Shown here piece by piece: positions 28,103 to 42,849 of a DNA stretch of 64,000 nt. A program made the position numbers and the translations under genes. Positions within the stretch are counted from its first letter, which is position 1; each line of letters opens with the position of its first letter. The stretch is from Eledone cirrhosa. Lineage: Eukaryota. The notes beneath the pieces were generated by a model. It was given only the letters and a program-made list of their open reading frames with translations. It ran no database searches and was not told where the DNA came from. The stretch is taken from positions 69,502,001 through 69,566,000 of the forward strand of contig OZ024742.1 in NCBI GenBank assembly GCA_964016885.1, in the 5' to 3' direction.

Positions 28103-30072
28103 CAGAATTTTTTTATTTGAATTTTTTGTCGATCACCAGTGGTCAATGTTAGTGGAGAAACTGAATTCAACAAAGTTAACGCTAGAGATGGAGTAAGATA
28201 TAGAGAGGAAGTAAGATCTTGCCTTCGAGAATAAGTATTCATTGATTCGGGGCCAAGCAAAAATACTACACTTGGGTTAATATTTTGGAAATTTTGTTGA
28301 TTACTTTCCTCTTTCTCTTGACTGATATCAAGTTAATAGGTCTAAATGTTGTTAGGATAATTCTGCTTAGAGTGGTTATAATGTTTGTTGATATAGCGGA
28401 AGTGCAAATGTCTATAAAGATATAGAAGTGATGATGCAGTTATGAATTGTGTTTGTTATGGATATTTTGCTGGAGTGGTGACAGATATTAGGGTGATATC
28501 TGTGGAGGTTGTAGTAACTGTAGTGGTATTGGCTCCCAGGTTTGTGATGTCTGTGGATCTAGTGGTTTCATTCGTGATTTTGGCTAGATAGTCGCTAATG
28601 TTTGTAGTTGTGACATTGACTACAATAGTGCACTTAACTGTAGTAGAGATGATGACTGTAGTGGTGGAGAGCATACATTCAAATATTGTTCAGTGCTGAT
28701 GAAGAAATGATGTGGAAATGTGGGCATATGCTTATTGTGTTATGAATCTTTAAATCTTTGAATAGATATTATTAAAATTCAATTATCATGAATAACTGTC
28801 GATAGACGTGAAAGTCTCATATTATTATCTTCAGTCTCTACATATGCCTCCCTTTTCCTGAACAATAATTTCTTACTCACTGACTCTTCTATAAATATAA
28901 ATTATTTCGGTTCATTTAACAGATCAACTGTATTGATCTATCGTAGATTATCGTAAATAACAAACGGACATCACAGTTAAGACATTTAATTAATCCTGAA
29001 ACTTATACCTATGAAAAATATTTCCTATATAATTAGCTTCATGGTCGTTTCAATGTCTTTCGTTGTTTCTCCTGTCCCTCACCTCTTTGTCATTGTTATT
29101 TTCTAATCTGTTCTGTGTGTCTATGTGTATGACATAGTTCTTTCCCCTGTCATTATTATTGATCCTAGTTTCTCTACGTCAATGATTCACCGTAGTTAAG
29201 TGTTGACACGAACAGCGAATTGTGGATAGTGAGTTTCACTTTTACGCCTACCTTCATTCTTTTGGCTACTGAATGGTGAAGCTGGCGCATTACTATACTA
29301 GCTATTGCAATTCGTGCACTTAATTCATCCTCCTGCATTCCATCACTCGTGAACACGGCCCTGAGATACTTGAATATATCTACCTGCTTCAGTGGAACTC
29401 CATTCACATGTAGAGTGCACAGGGATCTTAGCTGAGAACGACTTCCTGATGACGAAATGGCTTCTCCATGCTCTCCATTTGGAAACCATGTTTATTCCCT
29501 TTCAGAAACTAATTAGTTGGAGTGAAGTTTTAGTAAATAAGTTAATTTTTATAATTTTCTTATTTTACGACTTTCATATAAATGTCCTGCATCCCCTTGC
29601 ATTGAACCACAAAGTTACGAAGACAAAACCTATATATTTACTAGCATAGGTATGCATCTGTGTATATATGTTGGTAGATCTACTAATTCCTTATAATTAT
29701 ATCCAAATTATTTTGTTGAGCAAAAATTTGCCAAAACTGCTACTATAGTTCATAGTAAAAGCTTGGCTACTGTCTTTTTAAAACCCCACTCCTCACTGAT
29801 TAACCTCGATGTCACGTGATTGATTCTTTTTTCAATGTCTTGGAATTTAGTCCACGCTTGCTTTTTTCCATCCACTGAATTATTTTTGTATAAGTTCCCT
29901 GTGTCCACGCATCGCCTGGGATCTTAGCTAGGAACGACTTCCTGATGAAGAAATAGCTTCTCCATGCTTCTCCATTCGGAAACCATGTTTATTCCCTTTC
30001 AGAAATTAATTAGTTGGAGTGAAATTTTAGTAAGTAAGTTAATTTTTATAATTTTCTTATTTTACGTCTTTC

Positions 30073-30373
<301 letters not shown>

Positions 30374-30491
30374 TTTATAAAATATATATAGTACATGTAT
30401 ATATATATAGAGAGAGAAAAAAACGCCAGATAAAAATGATGGAGGGATATGTCATTATAGAAATACATACAAACATACGTACATACATACA

Positions 30492-33400
30492 TAGGAGACT
30501 GTGATAGGAAAACTCCAAGATAATAAAACACTAGGAAGAGACATGATTGTCGGCTACTGGTACACAAAATTGAAATTCTATCGGAGGTATCTTACCGACC
30601 TCTACCGACATTAACACAAACAATACTGGTCCCCAAGAAAAAAGACACCCATTTGGCAAAAGAATACCGACTCATTGCATGCCAGAACCTGATGTGTAAG
30701 ATGTATACAGCCTGCCTGAATGTATTCCTCCAAGACCACTGTGAAAATAATTGTTTCTACTTTTGGCACAAGGCCAGCAATTACCCAGTGCATTACTGGC
30801 ACTTTATTTTATCGACCCCGTAAAGATGAAAGGCAAAGTTAACCTCGGTGGGATTTGAACTCAGAATGGCAAGGGCCGTAACTCTATACGTCAAAGCATG
30901 GCGTCCAACCCTCTACCGATACTGTCAATCCACAATAATAACATCATTACAGATGAAGAAGGAGCTGGAAAGAAAGGGGTTTGGGTGTCTGCTGAACAAC
31001 TCCTAATTAACAAAACTGCGAACTTGTAATATGGCTACAGTCTGGCTGGACTACAGGAGAGATTTCGATCCCCCCTCTTGGATGATAGAGGCCCTCCGAC
31101 TTACTAAAGTTCCAGACATTATTATCAGAGCCATAGAGGCATTGTCTTGTTCTTGGCCTACTATCCTAAAGTTAAAAACAGAGAAGGAGGACTCTATTTT
31201 CACTGATAAAATAGAATATCACAGAGGTATATTTCAAGGAGATAGTCTCTCTGTGATACTATTTATCCTGTCATTAAACCCCTTGTCCTTTCTGCTCAAG
31301 AAATGTGAAGGATACATCATTGGCTCACAGGAGCACAGAAATACGAACTTAACCCATAATTTATTTGTGGATGATCTGAAACTCTATGCCAAGAACATAA
31401 ATTGGATGAAGAAAAATCTTGACCTGGTTACAACAGCTCTCAGTAAGAAAGAGGGCAATGTCTTCCGGAGGCTGGCTGCCAGGTGATCTGCAAGTCCGTA
31501 ACATACGAACTGGGTGAGGAGTTTAGTCCGGTGCAACTGGGTGTCGGCATGTCCGGTGGCTGTGAGGGGGCCGCTCATGCAACCAGGCAGTTCTTCAACA
31601 GCTGCCCATCGGAACCGGCATCCAGGGACTCCACGCACCTCATTGTCAAGCTTGACATGAGGAATGCCTTCAACTCTTTACGCCGGGATCATCTGCTCGA
31701 GGCATGCCTTAGTCGAGCCCCCTCTGCCTACCCGCTGGCCTACCTGTCTTATGGAGCCCCGAACATGCTCCTTGCTGCTGATACGGTCATACCCTCGGCT
31801 ACTGGGGTCCAACAGGGTGACCCTTTGGGACCCCTCCTGTTCGCCCTGGGTATTGACCACATCGCCCGGAGTATCACAGCCCGTTTCAACGTTTGGTATC
31901 TGGATGATGCTACGTTGGGCGGGCCCGTACGGACGGTCTGCCATGACATTCAATCGGTGGTTCCTACCCTGGCGGGAATCGGCCTCCAGGTCAACTCGGC
32001 CAAGTCGGAGGTGGTGAATGTCAGCCTCGATGCTGCGAGATTTGCAGCCTCCGTCTTGGCTGTGCGGTCCATTCTCCGTCAGGTTCAGGTAAACCCCAAA
32101 AAGTATGTCCTCATCCTCGGATCACCGATCCAACCACCCGCCATCCGCTCCACCATCAGGTCCAAGCTTCAACAGCGCCAGACTCTCACGAGGTGACTGG
32201 GCTTGATTGACGGCCACCCAGCTCTCTTTCTGCTGAGGTACTGCTTCGCCATCCCGAAGCTCCTACATACACACCGCAGCGCTCCGTGCTACACCCAGAC
32301 ATCTATCCTCGCTGACCTCGATACATGTATCCGAGCAGCAGCCGAGGAGATATGAAACGTCAAGTTTGACGACATAGGGTGGCAACAGGCCACTTTATCT
32401 GTCAGGTATGGCGGCTTTGACTCCGGTCCCCGATCTCACTAGCTTTGCCGGCGTATCTTTCGTCAGTAACCTCGTGCCGCGTCCTCGTCAGCAGGGTTCT
32501 TCAAATCACAACAGAACCCTTTGTGTTCAGAGAACGTGAGGCCGGCTGTGAGACGTGGGAGCGGCTGGGATTTAGATCAGTAGACGTCCTTCCTTCTTCT
32601 CCCCCTGCTGACGTCAAGTCGCCCCAATGCACTTGGGCTGCCATCCAGTGCAGCCTTGCCTCAGACAGGCTCACGCGCCAGCTCGACCAGCACCGCCTTG
32701 CTTGTTTTCGTGCAGCCTCTAAACCCCACAGTGGTGCCTGGCTACATGCCTTGCCCTCCTTCTCCACTGGCACGCAGCTAGACAACCATAGCCTGCGCAT
32801 CGGCGTTTCGCAGTAAATCCATGGATGAAAAACTGCATGCTAATCAGCAAAAAATCATACATGGATATGTTGCCAGGAAGCTCCAGCGTGAGAGTAATGT
32901 AGATAAAAAAAGTAGTCTATCTTGGACCAACAATCTCTATATTGGCTCCCATTTGAAGAATACGCTTTTGCAATCCAAGAACAGGAAATCAACACGAAAC
33001 ACCTGATAAACAAAGATGTGACAACAAGTGCAGACTTTGCAGAATTAACATCGAAGATGTCACCCATGTCATAAGCAGCTGTCCAAAGATGTCATCGCGG
33101 TACTATCTACCTATGAGGCATGATGTAGTGGCCAAAACGCTGAGCAATGTAATCCGTAGAAAAGATAGCACCGATAATAAACACATTAAATATTGCAGCA
33201 ATGTGGAAGACATACATATACGTAATATGAAAGAGTACTGGTGGAATGTTCCAGTAAAAAACCCCAATAAAATGCAGGCATAACAGACCAGATATAATGA
33301 TATGCGACAGGGAAAAGAAGGCATGCACAGTAGTGGAAGTTAGCTGTCCAGCAGATGCCAATATTATATCAAAGATTAGCGAACAGGAGAATATTTATGC

Positions 33401-33675
33401 AGAACTAATGATAAATCTGCTGATACTCCACCCTTACATATACCTTCAGATTTATGCCGGTGATTATTGAGGCACTGGGATATGTTAGTAACTGCCTCAA
33501 TACAAGTCTTGAGAAGCTGGGCTTCACAGGAACAGAAAGAACACAACTAGTTAGGAAATTACAAGTACAATCCACAGTAAAAATGGAACAGTAAAAATAT
33601 GTAAGACATTCCAAAAATTTTGCATCAAATAACTGCATATACACATGTACAGATACAAAGCATATACACATGCAC
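30492..33675 (+). mobile_element. Duplicate R4-like LINE with nested SINE and CRE fragment (31435-32815)
   Basis: Near-identical to 23816-27000. Confidence 0.85.
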
Positions 33676-33880
33676 ACATACAACTCAAAACATACACATC
33701 CACACATACAATAACATCCATATCTATACATGCATGCATAATCTACCTAGTTGATGTGTAAATTCCAGTGATAGAGTCTTGTGTCTATGTTAGAAACCGA
33801 CTCTCTCTCTATTGGGAAAAGATTTGTGAAATTATAAAACCAGAAGAACATAAGCATAAATGTAAAATAGAGTAACATAC

Positions 33881-34777
33881 GGCAAATTGTATACTGATAC
33901 CATGGTAGAAAAAGTTGGTTGTTAACAATAGCATGCTTATTGTTGAAGACGCTAAAATACTTTTTTCATAAAAGTCCACATCTTTCTGAAATATGATGTA
34001 GATCAGTATACAGGTACTGCTGAATGTACATAACAACGTGATGACTACAAAACTGGAGAAATGTTTGTTGACTTGATCCAGTAGCTCCATTATCTCTTCG
34101 TATTTCTTCTGTAGATGAATCAGTTTGCTGATAAAGTTAGTTGCTTGTTGTTTGACATCTAGCAGCTTCAGTTGTTGGGTGAGTACATGTAACTCTGAAC
34201 ATATTATTTTCAGGAAGAAATAAAGTAACATCTCGACGCTGAATATTCTAAGCATAGCAACGCAGGTGTATAACAGAAAGTTTAGGATTTCAATAGCTTC
34301 ATTCCTCCATATTGGTACTCTTAATAATATTTTCTTCGCCATACTTGTGGGGTGTTCACTTTTAAGAGTCACTGTGGCACCAATTAGAACCAACATATTT
34401 ATGAAAAACGCAAACAAAGTTACACCTTTAACGGCTCGTTTTAATTTCCTGAAATAATCTTGCTCCAGCAGAAAAACGTAAGCGATGTACTTGTCTATCA
34501 ATTTTCCAGCAAACATAGTGTTGATGTGTTGTATAACACATTCACCAGTGTACAATAGATACAAGAGCATGAAGGATAGCTGGAGAATAACTTTCCCTGT
34601 GCTTAATTGCATGTCTATCAAATAAAATAGCCGTACTAGATTTATAAGCCAAACCAGTAAGACAATAGCTCTGTAAATTTTAAAGAAATTCTCTTGACGT
34701 CTGGTGAGATATCCTGATGGATATATCTCATGACCGCTGAGTGCCATGAGATGTAGTAAAGGTTTCATTGTCTCCAT
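33881..34777 (-). CDS. GRL paralog 3, large coding exon (299 codons)
   Basis: Differs from paralog 2 at three residues (QFN/QVN, TLS/TFS, SKL/SML); same GTATGT donor. Confidence 0.82.
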
Positions 34778-36429
34778 CAGAATTCTTTTATTTGAATTTT
34801 TTTGTCGATCACCAGTGGACAATGTTAGTGGAGAAACTGAATTCAACAAAGTTAACGATAGAGATGGAGTAAGATGTAGAGAGGAAGTAAGATCTTGCCT
34901 TCGAGAATAAGTATTCATTGATTCGGGGCCAAGCAAAAATGCTACACTTGGGTTAATATTTTGGAAATTTTGTTGATTACTTTCCTCTTTCTCTTGACTG
35001 ATATCAAGTTAATAGGTCTAAATGTTGTTAGGATAATTCTGCTTAGAGTGGTTATAATGTCTGTTGATATAGCGGAAGTGCAAATGTCTATAAAGATATA
35101 GAAGTGATGATGCAGTTATGAATTGTGTTTGTTATGGATATTTTGCTGGAGTGGTGACAGATATTAGGGTGATATCTGTGGAGGTTGTAGTAACTGTAGT
35201 GGTATTGGCTCCCAGGTTTGTGATGTCTGTGGATATAGTGGTTTCATTCGTGATTTTGGCTAGATAGTCGCTAGTGACTGTTGTGGGGACATTGATTTCA
35301 GTGATGGACTTAACTGTAGTAGAGCTGATGTCTGTAATGGTGGACAGCATACAGTAATATATTTTTCTGTAGCGGTGATGATGTGCAAATGTGGAAAAGG
35401 ATTTGCTTATTGTGTTTTGAATCTTGAAATCTTGGAATACATACTATTTAGATTCAATCATCACAGATAACTGTCGATAGACGTGAAAGTTTCATATTAT
35501 TATCTTCATTCTGTTCATATGCCTCCCTTTGCCTAAACAATAATTCCTTATTCACTGACTCTGCTATGAATATAAATTATTTCAGATAATTATACCATCA
35601 ATTATATTGATCTATCGTAGATGATGGTGATTAAGAAACGGACATCACAATTAAGACATCTAATTAATCCTTGAAATATATAAAATAGAGTCTATATTAT
35701 TATTGAGGTAATTGATAGGGTAAATCTCTTGGTATTGTTTCACAAAACTGAAGTAGAATAAAAACGTTATGATTTATTGTCTGGGAATTATTTATATATT
35801 TTGTTTTTCGTAAGTTAGAAAGTCATTGCAGCAATCAATACACAACTCCTCAGCAAACACCCTAAACCGAACGTTAACCTAGTACTCATGACTCTTACGA
35901 CATCAAACGCGTACACCAAAACTCAGCTTTCATTACCGCATCGTAACAGCCACCAAATGTGGAAGACATTTTATCAAGCTCAAGCTGGCATATTAGGTAA
36001 TTTCTATATAATAAAGCCAAGATATTATCACCTGTAACTTTTATTATCAAGACTAACAAAGACAAACAAACATTTATGCAAAATCGTGTCAGTATTAGGT
36101 GTTGGGAAAGAAAAGAATATCTCATCGTTTTAGAAGTTAGTCGTTCATCAGGAAAGAATAAAGTTACGAGAAAGAAAAATCTGAACGATTGAAGTAAAAA
36201 CAAGGGAGACTATGAGAATTTATGCGATGGAGAGGTAAGTGAAGTTTATGTTGTACGGCATGCCTAGGGGTGCAGACGGCTTATTAGCCCGGCCTTTGAC
36301 GTACATATACATCCGCATTTCAAGTAAGAGTTCTAACTCCTGTTGGATTGCTTCTCGGCAGGATGTGATGAATTTGTCCTGACAACCAGTCTGAAAAAGA
36401 CAATGGGGATGTAACAGCGTGCACACCGA

Positions 36430-37466
36430 ATGTCATATATTCCACCATTTATATCTTTCAAAGGAGAAATATTGAAAGTTTTGGATCAGTTTGTCTTACT
36501 GGGTAGTATTCTCTCCAGCAAGAGTACCCTTGATGAAGAGATAAGATACTGGCTGTATAAAGATTCTGATGCACCAAGGTATTACATACATACACAATGG
36601 CTGCAAACTCTGCTAAGAGTATTGTAATCGCTTGTCAGATTATAGAGTTCGGTGCACTTTTAGGCAACGGCCAGCCACACGAACCTGTAACACATTCTGA
36701 ACAACCAATGCCTGTCCTTTGAAGGTTTTTTAAGTAGTGAAAGGCCTTGCACTCGATCAATCAAACTCTCTAAGCATCGAAAACACTACCCGAAAAGGAG
36801 TGCTAGTCAACATTATCGCATGCTTCCGAATCCACAGGTTTTTTTCCAGAGTTTTCCTTTCCTGGAAATGTGTTGTGACAACAACTGAGGGTCTTTCACA
36901 CCCAAGTGAAAAAAAAAAATACTATTTGGATGGCCGTCGACTCTGCTGAGTTCCTCCGCCATTTGCCGAGTCTTGTATTTCTTTTAGCAGGGTTCCAAAT
37001 ATCACCCTCCTCAACAAGCTAGCTTGGTGAGGTGCCGGTTTAATCACCGACGACCCGACCACGACAAAGATTATACTGGGTTACATGTTACCAGGAACAC
37101 TCGAGAGCGACCTGACATATATACATACATACATACATGATGGCCGCCAACTCGTTTTCGAGTACGGCCACTACTTTATATCCATGTAGGAGAACCCCTA
37201 CCGATGTGCTTAACGAGTGTGATTTTTAGTCCAGCCAGCGACTTGAAAATTCTGGTACAAACACAACACTTGTGAAAATTATTGACACATAGTGCTGGGC
37301 CCATGGTACCATGTGACGACAAGTGCAGAGAGATCTCCAGATATAAAGCAATGCCTGTGACGTGAAGATTTATAGTGAACAAAGGCACCATATATACATA
37401 CATACATACATACATACATACATACATACATACATACATACATACATACATACATACATACATACA

Positions 37467-37498
<32 letters not shown>

Positions 37499-38110
37499 CA
37501 TATGGTGGCTGTCAACTCGTTTTCGAGTACGGCCACTACTTTATATCAATGTAGGAGAACCCCTACCGATGCGCTGAACAAGTGTGACTTTTTAGTCCAG
37601 CCAGCGACTTGAAAACTCTAGTACAAACACTACACTTGTGACAATTATTGACACATAGTGCTGGGCCCATGGTACCATGTGACGACAAGTGCAGAGAGAT
37701 CTCCAGATATAAAACAATGCCTGTGCGGTGGAGCTTTTATAGTGAGCAAAGGCACTGCACAAAGCCAGTCCCACTCTCTTAACCAAGATGATATTTACCA
37801 AAAAGAAGATCATGTCAACATCATTGGATACCATCAGGGTTGCAGGAGGTATATCAGAGTTTTCCTTCTCCTAGAATTCTGCCTTGACAAAGGCTAAGGG
37901 GTCATCTCTCCCAGTGAGTTTGGATGGCCATTGACTCTTAAGAGCTCGTTTGCCCTTTGACAGGTTTTGTTTTTAGTCCTGCAGGATGTCCAAAGTCACC
38001 CTCCTCACCAAGAAACCTTGGTGGGGTTGCCAGTTTAGTCGCCAACGACCCGACCATGAGACAGGTTGTACTGGGATACATGTTACCAGTAGCACCAACT
38101 GGTGACCTGA
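36430..38110 (-). mobile_element. Cluster of RTE-related short or non-autonomous elements with (TATG)n tails
   Basis: Repeated blocks 37138-37390 / 37500-37755 and 36840-37115 / 37850-38112; gagttttccttctc motif matches the 5' end of the RTE at 15316; separated by (CATA)n. Confidence 0.55.
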
Positions 38111-38229
38111 CATAATACATACATACATACATACATACATACATACATACATACATACATACATACATACATACATACACATCCGACTAAATATTAAGTT
38201 CGTTTTACAAGGATTTGTAACAAACAGCA

Positions 38230-38960
38230 TGATTGAATTCAACATCAACATCAACAACACGTGCTACAGGCAACTATGATACTAGATGTTCTAGCAACCA
38301 GGCTGACAATCAAAACACAACAGCAATACATGAACAGTCCCGTGAAACAACGAAAGCGGTAAGAAATATGACACCACGTGTATCAACTGATTTTACCTCG
38401 ACTATTATGGGATCTCATAGCCACTTTAATCAATATCAAAACGCTGTCAATAATAATATGTCTGCGTTATCTTGAAAGATCAAGAGTGTAAACAATTGAA
38501 ATTTACTTTCAACGAAATCTTCTGGAGAGAAATTCATTCATATATAAATATTTCTCTCGCGGAACGTAATAAAACGATAGTACTAAACAAAATGAAACCA
38601 AATAATCAAATCCTGCGTGCTATTGATGAAATTAGGTGTGAATATATACGACGAATTAAAACCTTCATATTTGGCAACTCAACATCTGTTTATATATCCT
38701 GTCAACGACAGTGAAGCATTACCTTGGTGATAACAGAGATATTAACAAGAACAAAACACCATCATATATTTACTGAAATAGAAAAGAAGATTGCTGGCGT
38801 ACGGAAAATTATAGGATATGTGACGATACTCCTTACATGCAAACAAAAACAAAAAAACTACACTCCCCAACAACAAAGAGTGGAAAATGAAATAGAACTC
38901 TTCAAAATAATGTCCAGGTTCAATATATATATATGTTTATCCTGGGTTCAATATACACAC

Positions 38961-38998
<38 letters not shown>

Positions 38999-40550
38999 TA
39001 CACGGGTGTGTATGATTGTGTATAGAAGATTATATTAATAAAAGGAATTCCAACTTTGTCTGATTTACTCGTTTTATTTACAATCCTTTAAAATTTATAA
39101 TGGTATTAGAATGAAATAGTATGGTAGAATATTAAATGTTAAATGTTAACACTTAACATTTAATATTCTACCAAACTATTGTAACCCGGTTACAACTTTC
39201 TCAAAGGATATAGGAATGAAGTTTGGCCAAGATAAATGTTCATATATGACTGTAAAGCGGGGGAAAACTACAACCCAATCTAGAACATTTTTATAAATGG
39301 CCTAACTGTTTCACCGATATCTGACAAAGAACTGCCTCAAATACCTAGGGATAGATAACAATATACCCTATAATGGTATTTGTAATAAGGAACGTGTAAC
39401 CAGGGAATATTACACCCGATTAAGAATAATATGGTCATTGGAACACACTGCGCTCAGACTAACAGTATCTGTCCCAACAGCAACCTTTTGGAATACTCAA
39501 TTGGACGATAGACGAAATCCGAGCAATTGATGTTAAAACTCGAAAAATTCTAAACAATACCGGAAACTTCCACATCTACAGTGACATAGACCGCCTCTAG
39601 TTGAAACGTGAGCAGGGAGGCAGAGGCCTAACATCGGTCCAAATAGCATTTGACTGTGGCATCATATTCTTCTGACAACATGTACGAACCTCGAAGTGTA
39701 GGAGCCCATCTATTGAGCAATTCTGTCTGCATGAGACAGATAAGATCATGAGAGTTGGGAAGTAACTCCTTGAAACATACTTGAAGCATTATAATTTAAA
39801 AAAACTCACACTCAGGTAAATTGCCCGGCAACACCGCCGTGAATCCATGGATGAAACCTGCATGCTTATCAGCAAAAATTCATGCATGGATATGTTGCCA
39901 GGAAGCTCCAGATTGAGAGTAATATAGATAAGGAAAGTAGTCTATCTTGGACCAACAACCACCATATTAACTCAGCAGAATTAACATCGAAGTCCCCCCC
40001 CCCCCATGTCATAAGCAGCTATCCAAAGATATCATCACGCTACTATCTACCTATGAGGCATGCAGTAGTGGCCAAAATACTGTATAATGCAATCCGTTGA
40101 AAATATAGCCCCGATAATAAACACATTAAAAGCTACAGCAATGTGGAAGACGCACATATACGTAATATGAAAGAGTGCTGGCGGAATGTTCCAGTAAAAA
40201 CCCCAATAAAATGCAGGCATAACAGACCATATATAATGATATGGGTCGGGGAGAAGAAGGCATGCACAGCAGAGGAAGTTAGCTGCACAGCAGATGATAT
40301 TATATTATCAAAGTTTAGCGAAAAGGAGAATATATATGCAGAAATAATGAGAAATCTACAGATACTCCACCTTCAGATTTATAGCTGTGATTATTGGGAC
40401 ATTGGGATATGTTAATAACTGTCTCGGTACAAATCTTGAGAATCTGGGCTTCACAGAAACAGAAACAACACAACTAGTTAGAAAATGACAGGTCAATCCA
40501 TTAATTGAACAGTAAAAATATGTAAAACATTCCAAAACCTCTACATCTAA
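38230..40550 (+). mobile_element. R4-like LINE, paralogous to 23816-27000, lacking the CRE insertion
   Basis: 39842-40620 aligns with 26141-27075; 39197-39841 holds the RT-thumb segment missing in the other two copies. Confidence 0.8.
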
Positions 40551-40626
40551 TAACTGCATATGCACACATACAACTCAAAACATACACATACATATATGCA
40601 GACGTGCATACATATCTACCTAGTTG

Positions 40627-41230
40627 TGGTGGTTTCATTCGTGATTTTTGCGAGATAGTCACTAATGACTGTATTGGTGATAGTGACTGTTGTGGTGACA
40701 TTGACTGTAGTGGACTTAACTGATGTCTGTGGTGGTGAAGAGGTTACAGATATTTTCTGTGGTAGTGGTGGTGATGGTAAAAGTGTTAGAATTGGGTCTA
40801 GTAGTTGTTACACTAGTGTTAGTATATGTTATGAATATAGAAGCATTATTCTATACACTGTGATATAATATTGAGGTGATATACACAGGTCTTGAGGTGA
40901 TGTGGAAATGTGGGCATATGCTTATTGTGTTCTGAATCTTGAAATCTTTGAATAGATATTATTTAAATTCAATTATCATGAATAACTGTCGATTGACGTG
41001 AAAGTCTCATATTATTATCTTCATTCTCTACATATGCCTCCCTTTTCCTGAACAATAATTTCTTACTCACTGACTCTTCTATAAATATAAATTATTTCGG
41101 TTCATTTAATAGATCAACTGTATTGATCTATCGTAGATTATCGTAAATAACAAACGGACATCACAAATCAGACATCTAATTAATCTTGAATTTATACCTA
41201 TAAAAATATTTGCTATATAATTAGTAGCTC
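40627..41230. repeat. Fourth copy of the GRL upstream flanking block
   Basis: Homologous to 21998-22470, 28562-29035 and 35238-35672 (gtggtttcattcgtgatttt.., gacgtgaaagtctcatattattatcttca..). Confidence 0.8.
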
Positions 41231-42849
41231 GCAAAAATTTAGGTAAATCTTTTTACTGAAGTAGAACAGAAAAGTTATTATGTTCTATTTTCTGGTAACT
41301 ATTTACTATATATACGCAAATATATGCCGACCTATTCTGTGACGGCGATTAATTTTTTTATAAAGTTTGTATAAAGTTTTTTATATGAAATCGTGTGTTG
41401 AAACAAATATTGTTATATTTGCGATGGGTCATGTTGTTATGATATTTCCAGTAATATATATTCTATATCCCAACAATCGGCAAACTCCGTTCATGAGCGA
41501 AGTTAACTAATTGACATATTATGTTTAGATGGCATGGTTTTCAAATTATTATCTATATATTAATTTCAACAATGTCAGTATTCCATGTGTCATAATTCTC
41601 GATTATCATTGGTTCATAGGTTTCAAACGACTCCGCCCACCTCAACGACGCCAAACTTAAATTAATATGCATAATGCCAATGGGGGAGTGAGAGGGGAGA
41701 GTAAGAAACAGAGAGGCAAAGTGAACACTGTGTTGGATACACTATGTATATGTGTCAGTGTAGAGACATGTGTGTGTGTGATGTGTCTGGAAATAAGAGA
41801 GGAAGGAAAGCAATAACTATTAACATGTGGGCGTGTGTATGTACGTGTGCGTATGTTTATGTGTGTATTCGTCCGTGCAGCGTTCCACAGAAAGTAAAAA
41901 TTATGTGTGAGTGTCTGCGTGTCTATAAGTACACGGGTGCGTGTGTAAGTTTGCGTGCGTCGCTTCTGATTGCGGTGGTAATAAAACCTCATCATATGCT
42001 GGGTCTGGCAAAAAGGTTGGATCCTAAGGCCGGCCAGGGCTAGAGTAATATTGAAAAACGATTCTATTTTCGAAGTAGAATGATTCGCCATTTGGAGTTC
42101 AAACCAGGCCACCTCCCTGAGTTGAATTCTGGGCAATACTGACTGTCTATTACTCAGTGGCTAAGAGCCTGGAAATTACTGAATAATTTTTTGTGTCAAA
42201 TAATTTGTTGTTTTATTATTATAGCTGACCACTTATAGATAAGCATGTTATCCATAACATATTAATTTGACATTTGTATAAACCATTTCAAGTAAATAGG
42301 GACCTTTTTTACATTGACGGACATCTTTTATATTAATTATCTATATCTATATCTACATATAATATAAAAGATTGGAACTTCCATCATCCTTTTGAGAAAC
42401 GGGGAACAACCACGTCTATGCAATGATACACGTTTACAGTCAGACAGAAGATGAACCATCTCCTAGAGGTCACTATTCTAGGTGGGAGCACCTATAATTG
42501 TTCATATACTATGCACAAACGGTACAAGGAAGAATCTGGTATATCTGAAAGATTTTTTTTACTGTTTTTTGTATCACACAGACACCACGGACCCGCCTCA
42601 TACTGTAACTAGACAAACATCCAATACAGTCATTTTCTCTTTTATCTGTCTTCTCTTATCATCTGTTTACCCGGGCGAAGCTGTTAGTATAAAATATGCT
42701 TATGAAATTTTAGTATTTTGATAGAAAAATGAAAATTAAAGAATTTAGATTGAGAAGAAAGAATGGAATGTAAAATAACAAAAATACCAAAACAAAAATG
42801 GAAATGCTAGGGAAAGACAAAGTCTCTAATGTCACAGAAGAATGGGGAA

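Noticed and set aside
34778-34936. 53-aa N-terminal extension of the 375-aa ORF
   Set aside because: Starts at a non-ATG codon and is not open in the near-identical copy 2 (1-bp indel); the METxKPLL start is conserved in all three
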